Below are positions 43,501 to 54,392 of a DNA stretch of 64,000 nucleotides, piece after piece. Source of the stretch: Diadema antillarum. Lineage: Eukaryota. Position numbers and translations under genes: made by a program. Every line of letters begins with the position of its first letter. The first letter of the stretch is position 1. The stretch spans positions 620,001-684,000 of the forward strand of contig NW_027272190.1 of the NCBI RefSeq assembly GCF_040938485.1. Direction: 5' to 3'. Under the pieces are notes generated by a model. The model had not been told where the DNA came from and did no database searches. It saw nothing but the letters and a program-made list of their open reading frames with translations.

Positions 43501-44740
43501 CACTACAATTACTTTCTATATGTACGGTAGATATTACGGGCGATAATGATAAAATGTATGACATCATGAGGCAAATCTCTCGTTTGAGGAAGCTACACCC
43601 CTGTAGACAATGCCAGTGTATATCTTGGCAATCAAGGACTTAAAAACCAAAGATATAAAACACCTGTTTCTTGACCCTGGCCTAATCTAAGCATCAGTGA
43701 CCGCCACAGGGAGGGGGGGGGGGGGGCACCCGCGAGAGGAGGAGATTGTTTTGGTTTTGGCATGGGCTATGTAGCTCCATGGTGCGTGTGTGTGTCGGCA
43801 AACTTCTACAATGCTCTCCTTCTTATTCCTGTATTTTCGTTATTTATGGGTCAAATTTTTTTCGTTCGAAATTCAAAACGGATGACTATGGAATTTCTCA
43901 ATAGAATATACAATCTCAAACTTGAGAAAGAATAGAGAAAATTGAGTGCACTTTGAATGGTCTGCCACAGGCAGATATCCTTATCATGCTCTTACTTAAT
44001 ATGACAGCTGTTGCAGTCATTAAACCCTGGCTTGGCCTCCAGGTTTGCCACGCCTGAGTAGAAAGTTATTTAGCCCTCCTACTCCCAACTCTCAAACGAG
44101 GAATCGTTAGGGGGGTATAGCACCCCATCAGCTTCGTTTGGTGATGGGGTCTCGCCTCAAACGGGGATTTGACGGCATGATACAGCGTTGACTGGATCAT
44201 GACAGGAAGGTTTAAATCATAAACTGTGAAATATCTTGATTCAGAGTGGACTTTTGCATTCAGCGTTTTTATTACATTATGGAGTGATGCATAATTAATT
44301 TTTTATATGATTGGAAAAAGAGTTAAGAATGGAGGGACTCCGTAATTTATTATCCATGTATTTTTGCGGATGGGATCTCGTGTAGGTTCCATCGCAAGCC
44401 ACCCTTGTCCCGCAGGATGGGATTCCTACGGGGTTAACTGCTACAGGTTCACATCCGTTGACGAAAAGTCCTGGAACGACGTTGAGAATCTCTGTGAAAC
44501 CAATATTCATGCTGGTTCTCATTTGGTCAGTATCCTTGACCAGGACGAGGCGAACTTCATACATCGAAAGCTCTTGTCGAAGTGGTCGGAGTTAGGAAAT
44601 GCAACCTACATTGGTGAGTACAGAACCTGCTGTGAGGGATTGAGATGTTCGCTTAATGCTCAAAAAAATTGTCTTTTCTTGCCTATAGAAATAAACTAAT
44701 CCTCCAATAGTGATAAGGACCGCGCTTACGGGGCCTGCAT

Positions 44741-44783
<43 letters not shown>

Positions 44784-45409
44784 TAACTGACAGTCTGATG
44801 GCTTGTCAAATGCAGATCATAAGTGGTACTGCGAATACTGAGTATGTAAAACAAAGTCCAATATAATAACATACGTAAACAAAAGTCACCAGTGCATCTT
44901 ACGTACACGCATGCCAGGTTAGCGTTAAACTGTATGTAGCCCCTACTACTGTTTTAGTTTCACATCACGATTCCATAGTCTAATGCAATAAAAGAAAAAA
45001 GTTCAAGTGACAACCACAAATTTGATGTTGATTTTTACGTGGGCATAGCGATTCGTTTAGTCTTCTAGTAGGTCGACTAGACCGAATCCATCCCGCCGCG
45101 GAAGGAAGTTGGCAACTTAGACCAAGAGAAAAGGTGTGTGTGTGTGGGGGGGGGGGGGGGGGGGGTGCCCCGACATAAAGATACTCCATTCAACGGTTGA
45201 CATAGATCAAGGAAGATTGCCGGCTTTCTAAGCATGTATTTCTTATACCTGTGAGTGATTGGTGAGTAACAATAACATCATTCTTTGACAATAGGTCTGG
45301 GACACCGGAACGGTGCAAGTGTGTTCCGTTGGACCGATGGCTCTCCTATGGCGTACACCGATTGGTTCGTTCGGAAATGGTAATTAAGATATCACATCGC
45401 GCACACACA

Positions 45410-45440
<31 letters not shown>

Positions 45441-48400
45441 GTGTATCACCCCTAAATGTTATAATGCTAAGTGTAATAACAACCATAAAAGTAATACATT
45501 TTAACGCTATTGTAAAATGTAATAATCAAGTCAGCCCTAAATGTAATATCATTATTTTGACCCTACATGTAATATCCACCCTAAATGTATCAATTTAAAC
45601 CCTGTTTTACCTACCCTAAATGTAACACACCTTAATCCTAAGAAAATATGATAACAACCTTAAATGTGATACATTTTAACGTTTAAAGTAATAGCCGGAA
45701 ACAACCTTAAATGCAATACATTTTAACATTAAAAGCATACTGAAGACAACCCTAAATTTAAAACATGTCGACCCTTAATGTAACATCCACCCTTTTATGT
45801 AATACCTTTTCACTCTAAATGTAATATCCACCGTAAGTGCAATACATCTTAACCCTGAATATAAAAACGACGCTAAAGGTAACACATCTTAACGCTAAAT
45901 GAAATAACGACCCTAAATGTCATACAGTTTAACGCTAACTTTACAACAACCAGAAATGTTTAACCATACAGTGACATGTTTTTTATTGTTTTTTTAACCT
46001 CATACAGGGATTACGAGGAGCAATCACAACCGGATGGAAGTTCGCTTGAAAGGTGCGTCATTACGCGCCTTCATCGCATAAGCACCACTGCTTTGTGGCA
46101 CGATATTCCATGCGCAGGAATATCAGCAGAAGCAGTCATTTGCAAGATGCCCATTGAAGCCAGCATTGATACCGATGAGACGAGAGGTAAGGACGAAAAC
46201 CTTTCTTGGTGCCTTAAGATTTCAATTCATTGAGCGTAACTAGAAAAATCGAGCGTAAGTTCAATATAAGTCCTTTTTTCAAAAAAGGTGGATCCCACTT
46301 TTTATTAGGAATGCACTTTTTTATATCTCAGTCATTTTAAAACCCATTTTCATCAAATAAACGTTCGATCCCTCTGGGAATTACATACTTTTTTTTTCAT
46401 ATTTCAAAGGAAGCTTTTCATTATCTCGCAAAAAAAAAAAAAAACATTAGAAACTTGTAGTTAGGTTTCAGCCAAAACTATACGTTCCATTTTAAACGAG
46501 TCATATTTAACCAACGCAAAAAAAAGTATTTTTCTTACTCCTCCCGCAAAATGTTCAATTCACTACCAATATCCGTTCACTCACCCCTTCGCTAGATATT
46601 TAAGGAACGCCTACGAAAATATATAACTATATGACTATTCAAAGTATTTCATTGTACATGTTTTCCTTAGGTTGATTTCTATTCCGTTTTTACTATTTTC
46701 TTACGTGCAATATTATTGCTTGTAAACACACATCATACTTTGCAACTTTTCTATCAGTTCTCACGCAGGGCTCCCTGGTAAAGCAGGCTTTTTTCCTCTC
46801 TGAATAGGACTACCCTGCTTTAAAGGAAAACATGAATAAATAAATAAGAATGTAAATACTTAATAATTGATGTAAATGGCATCAATTATGTCTGGCTAGA
46901 ACCATTTACAGTCTAGACTACGCAATGTCCAATTTCTACAATATTTTATTACCAGCTCGCCTCCCCTATTTCGTTTGTATACTTACTCGTATTTCCAGAA
47001 CGCCGGGATGTGGGGATCAATGGATTGCTTTACTTCCAAGCGGATGATACCCCGAACTGTACTGAGAATACCATGCCCTGCCGTTCTGGCGAGTGTATTC
47101 AAAAGATTTACGATTGTGACGGCAACGCGGACTGTTTTGACGAGTCGGATGAAGTGGACTGCCCAGCAAGCGTAGACCAGATCGAAGGTTATATCAAATG
47201 ACAAGTCCGCCTTCACATGCACGTGGATTGAGTGAATGCAGCAACATTAGTAGAACACATCAATGAAAGTTTGGGGGAAGTCGGACAAAGTGAAAGCACT
47301 ATTTTGTTATAACTCTTCAACATGTCTCATAATATTCGCGTCTTGCGCTTGTATTACATTTATGATACAAAGGCAAAGATCGTCAAAGGGCCCCTTCTTT
47401 CAATATAATTTGATCAAATATTCAAAGAAAACTTAAAAAGTTACAATAATTACTAATTTACAATAGCATGTTCAGAATCTGAGTCACACAGAAGGCTTTC
47501 GTTTGATATGAATAATTTTTGTTTGAGTCTTCTACAATACCTATAGTATACTGGTTGAATAGTAGTTACACAGCGTTGGACTTTTCGTCCACTCTGTAAA
47601 AAAAAACAAAAAAACCCACTAAATTTTCATGACGCTTTGCGAAGGATGTGCTAGGTAGTAGATAACTGTATACAGACAAACAAACCCCCCCCCCCCCCAC
47701 CCACAAACACACACATACTAATTTTTATCATCACAACTATCACGATTAGTGCGTATCCTCTTTTCACATGCAGAAAATTCCGTTTGCCCGGACGGTTTCT
47801 TCAACTGCGGGTCAACCTGTATTTCGATTTCATACTATTGTGATTTTAAGGAGGATTGTCAAGATGGGTCCGACGAAAACGACTGCGGTAAGTCAACAAT
47901 GAACACAGAAGTTTTTGATGTTGGTGTACTATTCTTTGATTCTTCTTATGATCTACACCTGTAGACCAATGTACACAATCCTTTTTTTCCTAGCTGAGAT
48001 ACATAATACTCGTAGAACATTTAGATTACCTGTATGTGTGTTTTCCTTGTAGTTCGATGGTGATTCTAATTGTGTGTGTGTGTGTGTGTGTGTGTGTGGT
48101 TTAAGTTGTTGACATTTTCCATGCTGACTTAAAACATATGACAGTGAAAGTGATGGAACAAAATTAAGTACTGTGGTTACCATCTTGTTAATGTCGAACG
48201 GTAAAATCCTGGTTGGAAACACTAGAGGTGAGTGTCTTTGGCAAGGTCATGCTGACATACAGCATTATCGTGGTCACCTCACCAAAAGTATTCCAGAGTG
48301 ATATTGAGTCGGTGTAGCTTACACTCCACTAGAATCGTGCTTTGATAGAAACACGTGCCCTGAATAGATAGCGGAGACAATTTTACTGAACAAATCTGCT

Positions 48401-48989
48401 TCTTTAATGGAGGAAAGGATTCGAGTATGCGATAACCATAATGATTTCTCTGTTAATCATACAGATAATGTCGATAATAGGAATGATCACAAAATTGCGC
48501 ATGATGTTATTTGCCCCCCCCCCCCCTCCTAAAAAAAATAAAATAAACTGTCATATTTCGTTTCAGGAACGGCTTACTCTCTGGTTTTAGTGATTTAGCA
48601 ATGATTTTCCAGAGGGAGCTACTATTATCATGTATGTCCCAACAGCTCTTTTTTTTTTCCTTTTTTTTTAGTTCACTCTGCTAAGAATTATACGATGCGG
48701 GCCGGATTCAAACCCCCAAAACCTCCTGTTTGGGTGTGCTGAGCCGTAATGATAGCCTGTTCCATATTGAATCGATATCACGAGTGGTTGAGATACTTCA
48801 TTGACCTGCTATTTCATCTTCTTTATCCTCGTACTCAGTGTTTGAGGATGCATGTCCGCCAACTCACTTTTCTTGTGGCACTAACGACATATGCATCGAC
48901 AACAGCAAGGTTTGCAATCTGATCATTGACTGCCAGCAAACGGATGCCGATGAAGAAAATTGTAGAGAGGGTATGTAATCAAACGATGT

Positions 48990-49033
<44 letters not shown>

Positions 49034-52000
49034 ACACACACGCACATACACACACCCGAACGCACAAACAATCAGGAATTTGAATATACGTTTAATAACT
49101 GTGTTTAACAAGGCTCGACATTTCTGAGATGGCACGGCGGCCAGGGGCCACCCCATATTCGGCTGTCCCCAAGTTTTAAATCTTTTCGTAGCCGTTCTGG
49201 CCACCAAGATTTGATATGAATCATATTATTTCCTCTCATTTCGGGCCGCTTTATTCTTCTTTTTTTAGGGCTAACCGAATTTTTCAAAGATTTCATTGCC
49301 CCGAACAGCCCCGCCTCGTGAGAGCCCTGTATACATCGTACATAACACAACCTATGAAAACTCGCGCTGGGAGACTTGCGAGTGAGAGTTTTTAATAGTC
49401 TTAAAAAAAAAAGAAGTGTGTAATATCTGTCGCCGTGATAGGAATAACAAAGTAGGTTGCTAAACTCTGTTATATCTCGTATTCGAGAAGACCGTTGGGT
49501 CGCCATATTAAACTTCACAGCCAGTTTCCACCATCCCTCCCTCTCCTCTGTTCTCTTTGTGATTCTCGTAACCTTTCCGCCCTGTCCAATCTTCGAGATG
49601 TTTAAAACCACTTCTACGAAAATTCAAATAGCAATTAAAATGGAAAAATTGAAAGTGAAAGTAGGTTTATTGTAATTACGAGATATCCAAAAACAAACCA
49701 GAAGAAAGAGGGTCTAATAAAAGGTGGGACCAACCTTTTATTAGGACCTCTTTATTTTGTGTGTGTGTGTGTGATTTTTAAACGTGTTTTTGCATCTATC
49801 AGTCATTTACAAGCCAATTTTCATCAAAATTAGTGTTTAATTATTCTTAGAATTATATGAAGAGTTTGTTCGCAAAAACCGATAAGTCCATTTTTGAAGA
49901 TTTTGAATTACGGTCTCTGCCATAAAGTACAAAATAACATCTTTTAAATAATATATATTGGTCACTACATAGGTACGTTTTTGAAGTTATGGTCAAAAGA
50001 AGCAAATATTTTCTTATTATTCTCTTTATTTTTCTTGACCTTCAATCGCAAATATCTCCATTTGGCAAATATGGACTTATCGGTTTTGGCGAACAAACTC
50101 TTCATATGCTCTTTTAAGTTTCATATAAGTGATTTCTAATTATCTTGCAAAAGGTTTTAACCTAGTTCAACATCTCAAAACAAAAACAAACAAAAAACCG
50201 AGAAAGACGTGGCAATCTTTTCCTTGGTTCACTGCTGCCACCGTCCTGCAATTAAACTTACATTATTTTGTTTTTCACCACTGTGAGTGAATTCATTCTA
50301 ATACGATCAATCTGCCTGTCATTCAGAATACGAGGAAATGGGATATTTCCAGTGTTACAGTGGGACCTGGATTCCGGGATCGACCAGGTGTGATGGTCTG
50401 TTTGATTGCATCGGTTTTAACCATGAGGATGAAATGGGCTGCGGTAAGATCAAAAGTTCTTCTGTAATTTTCTTGTCAGTCGATGAATGAATTTTCTTGT
50501 CAGCCTGAACATGCATTTAATGCATATTATCTTTATAAGCTATTTTGAAAAAGTATTCATCCATTCTACTATCGATCCTGAAACTTCGTCTTCTAAGGCA
50601 AAATCAGTCATTATAACATCAGCACTTAGCCATGGAGTTAAAAAAAAAATGCACCAAGAAATTGGAAGAAGGATAGAATGACACCATTTTCATCTTACAT
50701 ACTTTTTTCATCTTATTTTCTGTTACAAACATTTATGTCTAATGTGTTTTTTTTCAAAAAGTTAAAAAAAGAAAGAAATGAAATTGAATTGAACTCACTA
50801 GACCGGAGAAGGTGTGATTGTTCATGTGTAATACCAAATTTCGTTTGAAAGTGCAAATTAATCCTTCACTGGCAGATAAATACCACATACTTCCCGTTAT
50901 GATATCTCCACGTAAGATGAAGAACCAATAAATTGCGAAGATGACCAGTTCACATGTCTCAATGGCGCATGCGTGAACAACGATTTGCTTTGTATCTACG
51001 ACGTGGACTACCTCGGCTACATCAAAGGCTGCCGTGACGTCTCACATATGCGAAAAACTGACTGTGGTGAGTCATGAACTACCTTTCGTACCGTTTGTCA
51101 AATTGATGTCAGTCCTTTATAACCTAAAATTACCTCGCTAGGACTGGCTGGTCGAAAATATTTACAATGATGTGCTATAGATATAACAGTACAACGGAGA
51201 CCCATGTTGAATCCACGACAACCCTTTTCTTCTCATTCTTAATTGTACCAGCGCATCTATGCTCCCTTCCAAAGCTTAAGCCGGCAAAGTTACACTTACG
51301 TGTATAGCCCTTCGCAAATGAACGAAGCATAACTTTAAATTATACGAATGCTATTTTCCTTTAGTTTTTGATGAATGTTGTGGATGTAACGCCCCCCCCC
51401 CCTAAAAAAATAATAAAGAGAAAGAAAATGTCAAGAAGGGTGGTGTCCGTGTTATTAGTGGTGAATTCTCCTAACATAATGGTGGATTAGTATGTTGGTG
51501 ATTCTCAGATTCTTTTTGCATGCACCTAAGATGAAATGACTCTTAATAGATATTAAACTTTCTTAATCAAATCACTGGGGATTTTCAGTAGGTGACTCTT
51601 AATAGATATTAAACTTTCTTAATCAAATCACTGGGGATTTTCAGTTTCGTGAACTAACTCCAAAACCGAAAAATGTCTAACTCATCTTGTATGCATTGAG
51701 ACAGTAACATAAGAGAATGCCGTCGCCATCAAATTAAGATTGTTATACTATACATAATTACATGAATAAAATCACACTGAATTAAAATCTGTTAAACCTT
51801 TGAAAGGATTTACCCATGTTTTCTTGTGTATATATGATTGGGTTAGAAATAGAAAACTCGTAATGTTTGTCTCTCTTTTGAGTATCATCTCATTTCAAAT
51901 CTTTGGTGCCATTGCTGAGTGACAGCGTTATGTATGACAAAATGCTTACTGATGTGCTGACAAAGTGACACAAACCCTGATACGACGTATCCATTTCCGC

Positions 52001-54356
52001 AGAATCTTTCATCTGCCCAGAATACCACTTCAAATGCCCGGATTCTTACTGCATCCCGCTTAGAATGAGGTGTGACGGGGAGAATAATTGTCCAAATGGT
52101 GATGACGAGCTTCTGTGTCACGGTAGATGAAGCTTAATGCCATCTTATTGTGTTATTATTATCATTTTCTTTCAAATAGTTGCTATGATAGCATCTCTTG
52201 CTGAAGTGGTTACAGTCTTGGTAAAGACAATGATCATGCTTCTTAGTTGCCTGTGTTACGTGAAGTTGCTATTCTAAAAAGAGCTGTAAGCCTTGAAGCT
52301 TATATAAAATGGGACCTGGGCGCAGGAAGGGAGACCTACGGCACGTTACATGACCAATGCCAAAGATAAGCATTTGTAACGTTTATCAAAATTAATGAAT
52401 CTTGACTAGAGTAGTGTGCAATACGATCGATTGGCAAATTACCCTTCATCGACGTAAGTAAATACCACTTAATCAGAGTTTGGGTAAAAGCTGCGATAGA
52501 AATAATATTGACATATATCATACTCCGATGGGATTTGAAACTCTCTACCTGCTGGTAGCTTGATAGGCGTCATATCAACTAGATTATCGACCTTCGGCCC
52601 TGTAGTCTGCGCCGGTACTGGTCTCTTAAATCAGCGAGTACCACGCAATTTATCGGGTTGTTACTCCCGCCAGTAGGTTTTTTTCGATTCCGTTTTTTTT
52701 TTGTCTGTCTGTCTCTCTCGTTGCGCACAAGAACTCGAGAACCGAAGAATGGATTTTCACCAAATTTACAGGGTGTATTTAAACTGAAGTAAGAAAAACA
52801 AATAGATTTGTAGTCACGAGATCAAAAGTAATAGGTGTCATAAAGGGTATAAGATCAGCTTAATTCCAAAATAAGTCAGCAATGGATGATCAGATTTTCA
52901 CCAACTGTGTAGATGTCCCGAAACCTCCACATTTGTTTTGAAGATACCGTCTAAGAAATGGCAATGTTTTAATCATTGCTGATTGGCAAAGGTCTGCTCT
53001 TTCGGAGTGATGCTCCGGTTTATTCATTGACAAATTTATATATTGATCATGAAGAACAATTCTAAAGGAGAAAAAAAAAAATATTATATTTTGGGGTCAT
53101 GCGGCCGAAAGTCAATTACCATAGGCGTCATGAAGGACTTTAGTTTAATATCCAAATACTGGGAAAAATAATTGGATCACCAAACTTACAGGATGTGTTT
53201 ATAGTGAAATAAGAAAGAATCCTCAACTTCAAGGCCATCAATGCAAAGGTCAAAATGTCTTCGGGGTCATAAAAGACACAAGCTTAATTTCATAAAATAA
53301 AAAAACCTCAAGAACAGATAGTCAGATTTTCACCAAACATAAGACTGAGTTCATAATGAAGTGAGAAACAAGATAAAATGGGGTCATGAGATTAGAAGTC
53401 AAGAGACATAGGGTTATAAAGAACATATTACGCCTAATCAAATCAACCCCAACAAAATTTGTTTCCAGATTCTTATACTTTTGATTTTCATGATAAAAAA
53501 AGAAATACGTCGATAATTTGTTACTTAGGTAAGATCATTTTCTTTGCAGCAACTGGAATGGCTTTGAATATTTTGTATAGTGATTTTTATCATAGCTTAT
53601 TTGGGACGGCAATTCACGACACATGTTTGGAAATAAAAAGAAAACACTTGATTTCAACAATGGCAGTATCGGTCGCTTTTTATCACTATTCTTTTGATTT
53701 ATCATTTCATCTATGATATTACCATCTTTACTTTTCAATGTATATTTTCATCCTAATAGGGAAGTGTAGGTGCTTTGGAATAGAATGACAAAACAATCGT
53801 TGAATAGTATTATCACCACATTGCTGCTAGCAGAACGAGGTGATCGTTACATCATTGCATGCTGTAAAGCTGGTTTTCCTTTTGTTACTCCTATTCACCA
53901 AGAGAATAACTACGTTCACGTCTGTCCCCTTCGGACGTACAAATGTCGGGTCTCCAATCGCTGTCTGCCACCGCACGAAGTGTGCGATGGCGTCGCCCAC
54001 TGTCCGGAAGGCGACGACGAGCTGTTTTGCGGTGAGGATTATATCCTTTCATGTACAATGAGACAGAATAGATAATCATTTACTTCGATTGGAATGAAAA
54101 CTTATCATGAAAGCCTTATCTATCTTATATAACTTCAGACTCACAGTAAAACACCCGTAGCAGAAAACTCGGCCATGACTAGACAAGACCAAATACAGCC
54201 CAACATACAGAAGATGAGCACACGGTGCTGGGATGCACGTTAACCATACGAGTCCCACACAGGTCCTGACGAAGGTCCAATGACGGGCCGAAAGCTTGAC
54301 AAATAAAAGGGAGACTAAGATCGAGAGCAACGTCCCGCCTCAGTCCAATTTCTTTC

Positions 54357-54392
<36 letters not shown>

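Noticed and set aside
49105-49611. 168-aa minus-strand ORF
   Set aside because: No recognisable domain; probably part of an uncharacterised repeat in the LDLa3-LDLa4 intron.
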